Positions 1-8,645 of a stretch of 64,000 bases of DNA are shown one piece after another. A model generated the notes under the pieces. That model was not told where the DNA came from. It did not search any database and was given only the letters and a program-made list of their open reading frames with translations. The position numbers and the translations under genes were made by a program. The stretch comes from Escherichia phage Ec_MI-02. Position 1 is the first letter of the stretch, and each line of letters starts with the position of its first letter. Location of the stretch: the sequence record OP856590.1. The stretch is one strand, 5' to 3'.

Positions 1-696
1 TCTAGCTTCTTTTGCCAAATCATCATACATATTCTGTAGACGAGTAAGGTTATCACCAGTTAATTTTTTCTGGCGTTCAACGTTATCATTATATATTTTA
101 ATTTGTTGGATAATACTATCTTTTTTAACATCAAGCACTTGGTTTTGTGAATTTAATTCACGTATTAGTGCTTTATTAAGCTTATCCATTTCAGCTAATG
201 TTCCTACCTCGAGCAGGTCTTCCACAAGCTTTCTTCGTGCAGGGGTCGACAAACCCATGAAAGGGGTATACCCTGCTGTACCAAGGACAACAATCTGCTT
301 GAAACTGGCATATGACATTCCGATAAGCTGTTCAAATTCTGCTTGGAAATCTTTACTGCTGGCAGATTCATTAAGACGTGTACCGTTAACGGTGATTTCG
401 AAAACGTTTGGTTTTTGTCCTCTTTTGATATAGTACTTTTTCTCATCATATTCCATCCACAGTTCAACTAAAAGTTCTTTCTTATTTGTGCTGTTTATTA
501 ATTGACCTTTCTTTACATCACGAAATGGCTTGCCAAAAAGCCCAAATGTGATGGCTTCTAACATAGTAGACTTACCACCGCCATTTCGTCCAGTAATAAG
601 AGTTTTTTGAACCTTATCTAGTTGAATGTCAATAGGATTTCCACCTACTGACATTATATTTTGATACCTAACTCGGTTTAGTTTAAAATTCTTCAC
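1..696 (-). CDS. 46: Recombination endonuclease subunit gp46 (Rad50/SbcC-like ATPase), N-terminal part; gene runs off the window start
   Basis: Minus-strand translation gives (V)KNFKLNRVRYQNIMSVGGNPIDIQLDKVQKTLITGRNGGGKSTMLEAITFG with Walker A GRNGGGKST. Probable GTG start at 696 overlapping upstream stop (GTGA); internal ATG at 654. Lies downstream of gene 47 as in T4. Confidence 0.9.
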   Translation of the reverse strand, partial: MKNFKLNRVRYQNIMSVGGNPIDIQLDKVQKTLITGRNGGGKSTMLEAITFGLFGKPFRDVKKGQLINSTNKKELLVELWMEYDEKKYYIKRGQKPNVFEITVNGTRLNESASSKDFQAEFEQLIGMSYASFKQIVVLGTAGYTPFMGLSTPARRKLVEDLLEVGTLAEMDKLNKALIRELNSQNQVLDVKKDSIIQQIKIYNDNVERQKKLTGDNLTRLQNMYDDLAKEAR

Positions 697-956
697 AAAA
701 GATTCCTTTTAATGTATCTTTTAGACCATTCTATCATATCATCATAATCTAAAAAGTATTCATCAAATTCAGCCATGCAAACAACACCTTGTGCTGCTTT
801 TGATGTGATATAAATTATTCCAACATATCTAGAATCTTCTTCGGTGTAATCAATATTTGCTATGAATTCATCGTTAATGTCAAATGTCGAAAACTTCACA
901 GTATGCATCCTTAATACAAGATACAGCCATATCTTGTAATGATTTAGGTGTATCAT
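693..956 (-). CDS. Hypothetical small protein (T4 46.1 position)
   Basis: 87-aa ORF, ATG start, stop overlaps gene 46 start. Overlaps next ORF by 77 nt so the true start may be the internal ATG at 908. Confidence 0.45.
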   Translation of the reverse strand: MIHLNHYKIWLYLVLRMHTVKFSTFDINDEFIANIDYTEEDSRYVGIIYITSKAAQGVVCMAEFDEYFLDYDDMIEWSKRYIKRNLL

Positions 957-1143
957 TATCTAAAATGTTGAAGTTAAAAGATACAGCCCAGTCAGTGCAG
1001 ACCGTAACCTTTTTAATACAATTATCTTCAACCTCTAGCGGTTCAAACCAATATTCAATAATTTCTTTATGCCCAATATCATCTTTTACTTCGCATTCAA
1101 AATGCTGACTCATCATAACATTTTTAAATTCATCAAAAGTCAT
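880..1143 (-). CDS. Hypothetical small acidic protein (T4 46.2 position)
   Basis: 87-aa ORF between gene 47 and gene 46; start overlaps gene 47 stop. Confidence 0.5.
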   Translation of the reverse strand: MTFDEFKNVMMSQHFECEVKDDIGHKEIIEYWFEPLEVEDNCIKKVTVCTDWAVSFNFNILDNDTPKSLQDMAVSCIKDAYCEVFDI

Positions 1144-2159
1144 TGTGTTGCCTCTACATATAACTGATTTGCATATTGAATAAGTGCTTCGCGATCAGAA
1201 TCAGTGATGTCTGGAATTGCATTAATGTATTCTTCCATCAACGTCTGAAGAGATTGAACTTCAACTTCTTCACTATCATCTGACTCGACAGAGTTATCAA
1301 TCTTTGACACAACTCGTAATGAATGCACAACTTTTTCTAGTTCAGATTCGAACTTCGTTAGATTTTTGTCTACTTCAGTTACTATAACACGTACTGATAG
1401 ATTTGTAAAATCTTTATAGTCAATTTTTCCTTTAAATGGATAATGAATTCTACGATGCCAGGTAGTGTTGTTTGGAATAAATTCCATTCGTTCTGTTTCT
1501 GTATCAAACATCCAGAACCCACGAGGGTCATTCTCGTCACCTGCAGTTAGTGTCCATGGTGTCCCAATATATCTGACGTTAGCAGCCTCAGAAATAGTAT
1601 GGAAGTGACCAGACCACACCTCTTTATAAGTCTTAAGGAAATCAGGTTCAAGACCGTGAGATTTCATTCCTTTATAAAAATAAAATCCATTCAGCTCCCA
1701 GTGACCAACACAAAAAGAAGCAGATGAAGTTTTGATGTGTTCAAGAATTTCACCAGTATTTTCTTCACACATCCAAGGAATTAAATCAATCAAACATCCG
1801 TCAAAATCTACTGTAGTAGGCTTATCATATACTTTAACATTAGGGTATTTAGCCAAAAGCTCAGTAGAAGCATTTGGATGCATTACATTTTTGTAGTGGA
1901 GATCGTGATTTCCTACAATAGTATGTAATGTGATTCCAGCGTCATCAAGCATTTGAACTATTTCACGAGCAAACTCCATAGTTTTATGTGTGATTGCTTT
2001 TCGCACATCAAAAATATCACCATATTGAATCCATACAGTAATTCCATTTTTCTTAGAATATTCTATCGCTTGCTTAATTCCATCAATTTGAATACCGCGA
2101 ATCCACTCATCATCAGCTTTAACGCCTAAATGCCAATCACCCAAGTTTAGTATTTTCAT
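1140..2159 (-). CDS. 47: Recombination endonuclease subunit gp47 (Mre11/SbcD-like nuclease)
   Basis: 339 aa, ATG start; phosphoesterase motifs GDWHLG, GDIFD, GNHD, GHFH; same length as T4 gp47; adjacent to gene 46. Confidence 0.95.
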   Translation of the reverse strand: MKILNLGDWHLGVKADDEWIRGIQIDGIKQAIEYSKKNGITVWIQYGDIFDVRKAITHKTMEFAREIVQMLDDAGITLHTIVGNHDLHYKNVMHPNASTELLAKYPNVKVYDKPTTVDFDGCLIDLIPWMCEENTGEILEHIKTSSASFCVGHWELNGFYFYKGMKSHGLEPDFLKTYKEVWSGHFHTISEAANVRYIGTPWTLTAGDENDPRGFWMFDTETERMEFIPNNTTWHRRIHYPFKGKIDYKDFTNLSVRVIVTEVDKNLTKFESELEKVVHSLRVVSKIDNSVESDDSEEVEVQSLQTLMEEYINAIPDITDSDREALIQYANQLYVEATQ

Positions 2160-2760
2160 GGTGTCTTTTCCATCCCAATTTAGCTGCTTTTGAAACTAGT
2201 TCTTTAATTTTTCCTTTTGTCCATTCAGGACCAGGAGGTTCATGACATAACATTTGCTTAACTCCGTTATTATACCATTTTTTACCTTTATTATGTGATG
2301 AAGCTTTAAATTTATTTGACCTTCCTTTTACATAACCTTCTGGAATATAAGGTAAAAAGGCAGATTTTCCTGTTAATGGATCATGTGAATGTATATTTCC
2401 TTTACAATTATGAGAACCATATAATGGATGATTTTGTCCTTTATTATCTCTTCCAAATGAACCTTTTGGAGCAGCATATGACATATTAAAGAATAATGGA
2501 TTTTTAACTGCATCGTGCAATCGTTGATAATATAACTCGCATTTAATAGCTTCTTCACGCGTATCAAATTCAGCTAAAATGCATGAATCAAATAAATGAG
2601 GATTATCTGAAAGCTCTTTATTATAAATTTTCTTATACTTTTTAGATAAAACTGACCCATGATATCCAGCTAAATGCCTATCTAAAGATGTAGATCCAAT
2701 ATAAAAAGGAGGAAGTTTATCTCCACTATATATGGTTAAATAAGTTATATATTTTTTCAT
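2137..2760 (-). mobile_element. Free-standing GIY-YIG homing endonuclease (Seg-like)
   Basis: 207 aa; N-terminal YLTIYSGDKLPPFYIGSTS...R...E motif typical of GIY-YIG; C-terminal basic repeats NHPLYGSHNCKGN / NKGKKWYNNG resembling I-TevI/Seg DNA-binding modules; inserted between a-gt and 47. Confidence 0.7.
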
Positions 2761-2920
2761 ATATCAAGAACCGTCATTGAAATGCAAAATAAAATTATTG
2801 AAATAAATCCATCTGGAGTGCTAAAGAACCCAATCCAACATGCTCTAGTGAATAGATAAAATGCAAGAAAAAGTATCACATATCCAAGAAATATCATTAT
2901 ATCAAACTCCGTATAAAGCT

Positions 2921-2939
2921 AAAGGGCCGAAGCCCTTTA
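2921..2939 (-). terminator. UUCG-tetraloop stem-loop at the a-gt 3' end (possible terminator or RNA-stability hairpin)
   Basis: AAAGGGC-UUCG-GCCCUUU on the minus-strand transcript, overlapping the a-gt stop; no clean U-tract. Confidence 0.4.
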
Positions 2940-4139
2940 TTTTGTAATAATGTCAAACTGTTCTTTAAAGCAGAAGCTTGAATCTTGATGTTGATACAAA
3001 AATTCATACGCTTTTTCTCGCTCACGGTCATAAAGAGCTCGGTCAGATGACAGTTCTTTAATACGCTCGAATGTTGATTCCATATCATTTTCATCAAACC
3101 AAACGATACCGCTATCATGCGAAATTAGCGGAGTATTATCAACACGGAATTTTAAATTTTCGCCAGTAGATTTCCAAAATACCGGAATTGTTCCACATGC
3201 ACCAAGCTCGAGATGAGTATATTCTAAAGAACGTTGTAGATATTTTTTATCCAACTTACTCAACTGATAACCAAATCCGGATTTACTCATACGTTCAAGC
3301 ATTTCGCTATTTACATAACGGTCAAGAATTTGCGTTGGCAAATTAGGAGCAATTTTAATTTGGTCTACTTGATGAAGACGATAATATTCGTATGGAATTC
3401 CTTTTTCTTTAATAGGAATGAACGCAGGAGAACGTTCCAGACCTTCCATAATAGTACTTAGCCCAGCAGGTTTAAGATGTTTTTCGTGAAAATCAAACAT
3501 CTGATAAAAACCTTTCCATGTAGTCGTACGACCAATCCAACGGTTGACATTCATATTAATTTCAGAAACATCTTTCCAGTATGTTGATCGAACCTTCGCA
3601 ATATCCATAGGAGGCTGAAAGTTGTATACAGTCGGTGCTTCTTCAATATCATCAAACAGAGAAACTGTTTCTGGATACCATTCTTTCATCAAAACTTTAT
3701 TAAAATCGCCATTATCAGAATGGCTAAAAATAACATCAGCTCGACGAACAGTTTCTTCTAATCCCAAATTTCGGCGCAAAGAAAGAGAAGAATGGTCATG
3801 TTGATAAACTACAACACGAACCGAAGGTTTAATGTTATCAATAATTTTTTTATAGTTATTAATAGTGTCTTCTTCGACTGAAGTAGCAGGAACTGAATTG
3901 ATAATTAGAATATCACAATCATTTACCAGCTTAAGTGTTTTATCGTATTCTTTTGCCAATAAAACCGGAATTGAAAATGATTTATAATCATGCGCGCAAT
4001 TACGGGTAAATGATTTATCTTTAGCATAAACCAAAGTTACTTCATGACCATTTTTAATAAACCAATCACGTTGCTCGAGAGAAAATTTAGTTACGCCGCA
4101 ACCTTCAAGACCTCGAGCCATAAAAATGCATACTTTCAT
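2937..4139 (-). CDS. a-gt: DNA alpha-glucosyltransferase
   Basis: 400 aa, ATG start; sequence MKVCIFMARGLEGCGVTKFSLEQRDWFIKNGHEVTLVYAKDK...FDIITK matches T4 alpha-glucosyltransferase as I recall it; correct length and position. Confidence 0.95.
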   Translation of the reverse strand: MKVCIFMARGLEGCGVTKFSLEQRDWFIKNGHEVTLVYAKDKSFTRNCAHDYKSFSIPVLLAKEYDKTLKLVNDCDILIINSVPATSVEEDTINNYKKIIDNIKPSVRVVVYQHDHSSLSLRRNLGLEETVRRADVIFSHSDNGDFNKVLMKEWYPETVSLFDDIEEAPTVYNFQPPMDIAKVRSTYWKDVSEINMNVNRWIGRTTTWKGFYQMFDFHEKHLKPAGLSTIMEGLERSPAFIPIKEKGIPYEYYRLHQVDQIKIAPNLPTQILDRYVNSEMLERMSKSGFGYQLSKLDKKYLQRSLEYTHLELGACGTIPVFWKSTGENLKFRVDNTPLISHDSGIVWFDENDMESTFERIKELSSDRALYDREREKAYEFLYQHQDSSFCFKEQFDIITK

Positions 4140-4185
4140 TTAATATCCTCATTGTTTTGGTTTATTTTACCAAAAATTTATAAAG

Positions 4186-4205
4186 CAATATAGGAGCCGA
4201 AGCTC
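4186..4205 (-). terminator. UUCG-tetraloop stem-loop
   Basis: Perfect inverted repeat AGGAGC-(CGAA/UUCG)-GCUCCU immediately after the stop of the 4206..4379 ORF. Confidence 0.4.
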
Positions 4206-4379
4206 CTATCCGCATAATACACCATACAGAGGCTCATTAGAGCTTCTAAATTTTATACGCTTATATGTTATAGTTCCTTCTGCTTTAGCTTTATCATGAG
4301 ACTCTTTAAAGCGTCTCATCATTTCTACTTTAGAGGAACGAATTTTATTATAATCTATTTCAGAAGTCTGGGTGTTCAT
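4206..4379 (-). CDS. Hypothetical small basic protein (57 aa; below ORF-track cutoff)
   Basis: Manual translation MNTQTSEIDYNKIRSSKVEMMRRFKESHDKAKAEGTITYKRIKFRSSNEPLYGVLCG; stop sits in the UUCG hairpin; fills the gap upstream of a-gt. Confidence 0.35.
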   Translation of the reverse strand: MNTQTSEIDYNKIRSSKVEMMRRFKESHDKAKAEGTITYKRIKFRSSNEPLYGVLCG

Positions 4380-4382
4380 CTT

Positions 4383-4586
4383 TCACAGTTGCCACCATTT
4401 TTTGACTTGATAAGAATCAACCCACACTTTCATATTAGGGTCTGCTCTTACAATAGGAGGATTAACTTCTTTAATTGAACTATCGTGGTATTCTTTTTCA
4501 GAAATTTTCACACAAAGATGACCATTCAAAGATTCAGTAAATCCTGCATTAATTTTAAGACGCTTGAATTTTACGCGTGTAAGCAT
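4383..4586 (-). CDS. Hypothetical protein
   Basis: ORF track 4383..4589 begins with TTG; first ATG at 4586 gives 67 aa. Confidence 0.4.
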   Translation of the reverse strand: MLTRVKFKRLKINAGFTESLNGHLCVKISEKEYHDSSIKEVNPPIVRADPNMKVWVDSYQVKKWWQL

Positions 4587-4872
4587 CAATCATATCCTCA
4601 ATCTGCGATCTAGTAGTCTTCCAAAGAATACTAATGAGTTCATCGTTATATGGCTGTTTTAAAATATCCCGACTTTTCTTGATAGCATATTCGTATTGAG
4701 CGAAATTATTGTTTTCAGCTGCAATCTGAGCGTGCTTATAAAGACGATTCAGTTCGCGTTTGTTTTTAGACAATAACTTATTTGCTTTTCTTTCTGCTTC
4801 AAGACGGTTCTTTTCTTCAATAGAAGAAATAAGCTTTTCCACTTCATCATTAATTTCGGGTTTATCAGTCAT
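4555..4872 (-). CDS. Hypothetical protein, predicted helical/coiled coil
   Basis: 105-aa ORF with ATG start, charged heptad-like sequence. Confidence 0.55.
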   Translation of the reverse strand: MTDKPEINDEVEKLISSIEEKNRLEAERKANKLLSKNKRELNRLYKHAQIAAENNNFAQYEYAIKKSRDILKQPYNDELISILWKTTRSQIEDMIDAYTRKIQAS

Positions 4873-4873
4873 A

Positions 4874-5092
4874 TTATTTCTCTAATATAAAATAAAAATC
4901 ATCATCTGTTAAATGATACCGATAGTTTAATTCTACACCATTAGATTTAAAAGCGGTATCATACGGATTTTCTGGATCAATATCAATGTCAAGAGCTAAA
5001 ACTTCCCTGAGATACATTTTAAGTAAATAGGGAATAGCTTCAACTTCAGGTATTTCTTCCAAGAATCCGGAGAGGTTAATCGTTAGCCTCAT
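4874..5092 (-). CDS. Hypothetical acidic protein
   Basis: 72-aa ORF, ATG start, overlaps gene 55 stop by 17 nt. Confidence 0.5.
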
Positions 5093-5633
5093 ATAAAAAA
5101 TCCAAACTAGGAGAATCGTCTACAACACTTTTCTTTTCAGCCCCCGGTGTTCTATAGGTTGATTCTTCGTAATGCGTCATTTTATCGTAGATGTCTTGAA
5201 TAAAAGTTTCATCCACTAACGCAACCATATCGTCGTCACGACTGTCATAGACATTGTGAACGAAGTAACTGTATTTCTTTGCAACTTCCTTACGTTCTTT
5301 TTTAATACGTTGGACGAATGCATTAAAACAAGCTTGAGTTATATATGCATGTGGGTTTTTATATTTCGTTTCATCAAAATTATGAAGCCCCTTAATAGAA
5401 GCTTCTATACCATCTGCAATCATTTCTTGTTTCCAAGATTGGGTGTATCCTGAAAAGTTGAAACGTTTAGATAAGCCTTCTGCAATAAGCATAATGGCTA
5501 ATCCGATAGTATCATTCTGACGAACTACTTTATTTGGGTCTTTATTATTTGCTAATTCTGTTTTCCAATCAATAATAGCTTGTAAAAGCTCTTTATTGTT
5601 TACGTAATTATATTTAGGCTTAGTTTCTGACAT
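5076..5633 (-). CDS. 55: Late-transcription sigma factor gp55
   Basis: ORF track starts at GTG 5639; ATG at 5633 gives 185 aa [35 protein letters not shown]..., matching T4 gp55 length and sequence as recalled. Confidence 0.95.
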
Positions 5634-5711
5634 TTTCACCTCTTAGCTCAATTCATAGATCTATTATATCATAATATTTGAAGATCTATCTTAAAGCATA
5701 GAGGATATCAG

Positions 5712-5981
5712 TTATCTAAGTAAGCAGTATGCTTGGAACACTTTCTCCATCATCTTTTTAAATTCATGAATATCTATATAATGACTAGTTAAATCAGCAT
5801 GATATAAAAAATCTAAAAACTTTTCATGCGTGCTAACATATTCGCTTTCATTTAATTCAGAAACATGGCTTTCCCAATATCCAACACCAGTCTTATTTGG
5901 GAAAAATGAAATTTTCATATATTGATCAACATAGAAAATGCCATAATTTTCAATAGTAATAGAAATATTAATAAATTTCAT
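5712..5981 (-). CDS. Hypothetical protein
   Basis: 89-aa ORF, ATG start, stop/start overlap with the next gene. Confidence 0.5.
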   Translation of the reverse strand: MKFINISITIENYGIFYVDQYMKISFFPNKTGVGYWESHVSELNESEYVSTHEKFLDFLYHADLTSHYIDIHEFKKMMEKVFQAYCLLR

Positions 5982-6199
5982 GCATTCATCAACTTAGCCG
6001 CTTCAAGAGCTGCATCTAGTGAATCAAACTGGTCAACGTATTCAATCAACTCGCCATAATTAGCGTATAACCACCATTGGCTAAATTCATACTCAAGGAT
6101 GAATCCATTTCCTTCAATTTGAGTTAAGCCAATGCCATTTGTATTTACTTCATATCCGGCAAGACGCAAATCGTTAATAAGAGCTTCGTTCATATTCAT
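5978..6199 (-). CDS. Hypothetical acidic protein
   Basis: 73-aa ORF, ATG start, ATGA overlap with upstream gene. Confidence 0.5.
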   Translation of the reverse strand: MNMNEALINDLRLAGYEVNTNGIGLTQIEGNGFILEYEFSQWWLYANYGELIEYVDQFDSLDAALEAAKLMNA

Positions 6200-6522
6200 A
6201 CCTTAGCAATTTTCAGGTCAGCAAATTTTTTCTTGCGTTGATTTTTCATACGACGAATAGTTTTATCGGAAATTTCATGCTTTTGATAAGCTTTAGATTC
6301 TACACCAAAAGCTTTAACATCAAATTCTGACAAGATATATTGAACCAACAATTCACGGACAGTATTGCGCCCAATTTTCTGATCATTCTGTTTCATCGTC
6401 TGATGAAGCTCTTTTTCCCATTTATCCAAAATTTGAGGAGTTACAATATCGCCTTTTTCTAGCAAAGAAACTACTTTATCATATGCATAAGAATTGATGG
6501 CGTTTTTAATTTGAATAGTCAT
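6196..6522 (-). CDS. Hypothetical basic protein
   Basis: 108-aa ORF, ATG start; lysine/arginine-rich C-terminus. Confidence 0.55.
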   Translation of the reverse strand: MTIQIKNAINSYAYDKVVSLLEKGDIVTPQILDKWEKELHQTMKQNDQKIGRNTVRELLVQYILSEFDVKAFGVESKAYQKHEISDKTIRRMKNQRKKKFADLKIAKV

Positions 6523-6555
6523 ACATTATCCTCAATTACATTAAAATTTTATTAT

Positions 6556-6577
6556 CCAAAAAGGGCCGAAGCCCTTA
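6556..6577 (-). terminator. Rho-independent terminator (UUCG hairpin plus U-run)
   Basis: Minus-strand AAGGGC-UUCG-GCCCUU followed by UUUUGG; directly after the stop of the 6575..6775 ORF. Confidence 0.55.
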
Positions 6578-6775
6578 GCTAAACTTTTTGGCACCCTTCC
6601 AGCCTTCGTACATCATTGCGGCTGATATTAATATTGCTCCTGAGCAACTTGAATATTTGTGATTCCAAAACCAGTTTAGAAAAATTTCGTCATCAATACC
6701 TTGGGCTATCATATTTTCAAAGAACTGACGACGAGCTTCAGCAATTCGTTGCGATAATTTAGATTCAGGATTCAT
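6575..6775 (-). CDS. Hypothetical protein
   Basis: 66-aa ORF with ATG start. Confidence 0.45.
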   Translation of the reverse strand: MNPESKLSQRIAEARRQFFENMIAQGIDDEIFLNWFWNHKYSSCSGAILISAAMMYEGWKGAKKFS

Positions 6776-6907
6776 TTAAATTTTCCAGTTACCATTTTCA
6801 TCAATAAATTTAATCCAGTCATTTACTGACCACTTGGTCGTATCGCCCTTTGGAGCAACATTTAAAGTGTATAATCCTTGTTTAAAAAGCATGCGTTTGA
6901 TATTCAT
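6776..6907 (-). CDS. Hypothetical small protein
   Basis: ORF track 6776..6991 starts with TTG and overlaps the next gene; ATG at 6907 has a strong RBS (GAGGAAAAT-ATG) giving 43 aa. In-frame ATGs at 6988/6985 are alternative starts. Confidence 0.4.
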   Translation of the reverse strand: MNIKRMLFKQGLYTLNVAPKGDTTKWSVNDWIKFIDENGNWKI

Positions 6908-6914
6908 ATTTTCC

Positions 6915-7208
6915 TCAGCTGTAACGATAGCACTCGTTTGATTTGCGCTTAGCAACTCGTTGAGAAGTATTATAATCAAAATCATCATCAATGTAAACTG
7001 ATTTTTTCAACTTTCTTACTTCACCACGTAATTGGCGATTTAGCTCATCTTTAACTTCTGAGTCAATGCCTTTCATTCTACGCCATTTATCTGAGCGAAA
7101 AATGTTTTCAACCATATCTTTATGACTTACACCATCAGGAGCTTTACGCTTTCCGAAATAGTCATAATCACGAACTTTTAAGTCTTTACGACGATACGTT
7201 TTACCCAT
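6915..7208 (-). CDS. Hypothetical highly basic protein
   Basis: ORF track 6915..7247 starts with GTG; ATG at 7208 gives 97 aa MGKTYRRKDLKVRDYDYFGKRK..., overlapping the stop of the upstream small ORF. Confidence 0.5.
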   Translation of the reverse strand: MGKTYRRKDLKVRDYDYFGKRKAPDGVSHKDMVENIFRSDKWRRMKGIDSEVKDELNRQLRGEVRKLKKSVYIDDDFDYNTSQRVAKRKSNECYRYS

Positions 7209-7377
7209 GGAGTTTAATTTCCTTAGCAACTGAACTAAATACAACACGATCGCAAATCATCTGTTTATTCCATTTAAGTACAGTATAATGAACATCTAGA
7301 TCATCTACTGCTGTAACAATAACAATATGTCCGTTAACACGATAATACTGATCTCTTTTAATCTCTTTATCAACCAT
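7201..7377 (-). CDS. Hypothetical small protein (58 aa, below ORF-track cutoff)
   Basis: Manual translation MVDKEIKRDQYYRVNGHIVIVTAVDDLDVHYTVLKWNKQMICDRVVFSSVAKEIKLHG; downstream of early promoter at 7408..7437. Confidence 0.35.
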   Translation of the reverse strand: MVDKEIKRDQYYRVNGHIVIVTAVDDLDVHYTVLKWNKQMICDRVVFSSVAKEIKLHG

Positions 7378-7407
7378 ATCAAATCCTCAAAGGCAATTCA
7401 TATGTTA

Positions 7408-7437
7408 ATAATACCACAGTTTGAACTTCTTGTAAAC
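7408..7437 (-). promoter_or_regulatory. T4-type early promoter (sigma70-like)
   Basis: Minus strand GTTTACA-17 bp-TGG TATTAT with A-rich upstream region. Confidence 0.55.
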
Positions 7438-7510
7438 AACTTTGTGAAAATTATTTTAGGGAACGATAAGAAGGGAACGATAGCTTAGAATGGTAATATA
7501 CGGAATGTGA

Positions 7511-7532
7511 GAAAGAAAGGCCCAGAGGGCCC
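7511..7532 (-). terminator. Rho-independent terminator
   Basis: Minus-strand GGCCC-UCU-GGGCC stem-loop followed by UUUCUUUC, immediately downstream of the nrdH stop. Confidence 0.5.
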
Positions 7533-7535
7533 GTC

Positions 7536-7844
7536 TTAATCTTCTATGATATCTCTATCATATCCAAGTGAAATGAGAGTTTCTTTGAAGTGTTTAATAT
7601 TCTTTTGTCTAGAATCATTAATGAAAATGACTGGATAACGAATGTTAAGAGATGTGAATCCAGCGCGTTTAGCAAGAGATACAATCAGTGGACGATCATA
7701 CTCAATCTTACCATTATTTGTAAGAACTTTATAGAAAGTAAAAGGAGCATTGAGCTCCTTTAGAAGTTTTGTAACTGATTGACATCCAGGACAACGACCT
7801 ACTTCATCTGGAATTCCATAGACTTCAATCTTGTTCTGTTTCAC
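7536..7844 (-). CDS. nrdH: Glutaredoxin-like protein NrdH
   Basis: 102 aa with thioredoxin-fold CPGC redox motif; GTG start preceded by AAGGAA RBS; position between nrdG and gene 55. Confidence 0.8.
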   Translation of the reverse strand: MKQNKIEVYGIPDEVGRCPGCQSVTKLLKELNAPFTFYKVLTNNGKIEYDRPLIVSLAKRAGFTSLNIRYPVIFINDSRQKNIKHFKETLISLGYDRDIIED

Positions 7845-7846
7845 AA

Positions 7847-8059
7847 CTATTCCTTACTAAGAGCAGCATTCAGCTTATTAGTAATTTTATCCAGACGCTC
7901 ATTGAACTCACTAGAAGACAGTCCTTTTTCTGGAGAAATCAAACTAATCACGAAAAATATAGCAATAAAAGGAATAAGGAAAATAGCTCCAACTGCCATA
8001 AACAAAAAGAACGTTACAGTTGTAAGAAAATCAGCTAAACCTTTACGAAATTTATACAT
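7847..8059 (-). CDS. Small membrane protein
   Basis: 70 aa, ATG start, two hydrophobic helices (LTTVTFFLFMAVGAIFLIPFIAIFFVISLI). Confidence 0.5.
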   Translation of the reverse strand: MYKFRKGLADFLTTVTFFLFMAVGAIFLIPFIAIFFVISLISPEKGLSSSEFNERLDKITNKLNAALSKE

Positions 8060-8174
8060 ATTTTACCCTTAATTGATTAACCAAGCATTGATAAGCACTA
8101 AACTATATTGCGAATAAAATTCTGGACCAAAATGAAAAACCATATCATTTATAGTGTCCATAATATAATTCAAT

Positions 8175-8645
8175 TTAATCATGTTTCCACACCCCATCGG
8201 TATTTGACCAAAGTCGCTGATTATCTGATCCTCGCCACAACTTTTTGGTCGGAAGATTTTTCTCATACTTCCCATCAATAATAACATCAACATATTTAAG
8301 CATTTCTAGTTGTTTAATATCTTCAAATTTATATCCTGTCCACAACCAAATGCTTTTATTTGGATAAAGATTTTTTACTGTTTGAACAATGCAATGAATA
8401 ACATCTCGGTTATCAGGATAGAGAGGGTCTCCTCCAGTTATAGTTAATCCTTCTATATAATCATTATTCAAACATTTAATTAATTGTTCCAGCGTTTCAC
8501 CAGTGAATGGAACACCGTTTCTAGCATTCCATGTTGATTTATTATAACACCCTTCGCATTTATGCAAACAACCTGTAACGAAAAGAACAGTTCGGCACCC
8601 AGGACCATTAACAAAGCAACACGGATATATTCTGTCATAATTCAT
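8175..8645 (-). CDS. nrdG: Anaerobic ribonucleotide reductase activating protein (radical SAM)
   Basis: 156 aa; N-terminal MNYDRIYPCCFVNGPGCRTVLFVTGCLHKCEGCYN radical-SAM/Cys cluster; same length as T4 NrdG. Confidence 0.9.
   Translation of the reverse strand: MNYDRIYPCCFVNGPGCRTVLFVTGCLHKCEGCYNKSTWNARNGVPFTGETLEQLIKCLNNDYIEGLTITGGDPLYPDNRDVIHCIVQTVKNLYPNKSIWLWTGYKFEDIKQLEMLKYVDVIIDGKYEKNLPTKKLWRGSDNQRLWSNTDGVWKHD

Noticed and set aside
5640-5711. Possible MotA-box middle promoter upstream of gene 55 (TGCTTTAAG and TGCTTAC motifs)
   Set aside because: Spacing to any TAnnnT -10 element is off by several bp in both candidates, so I could not support a specific promoter call.
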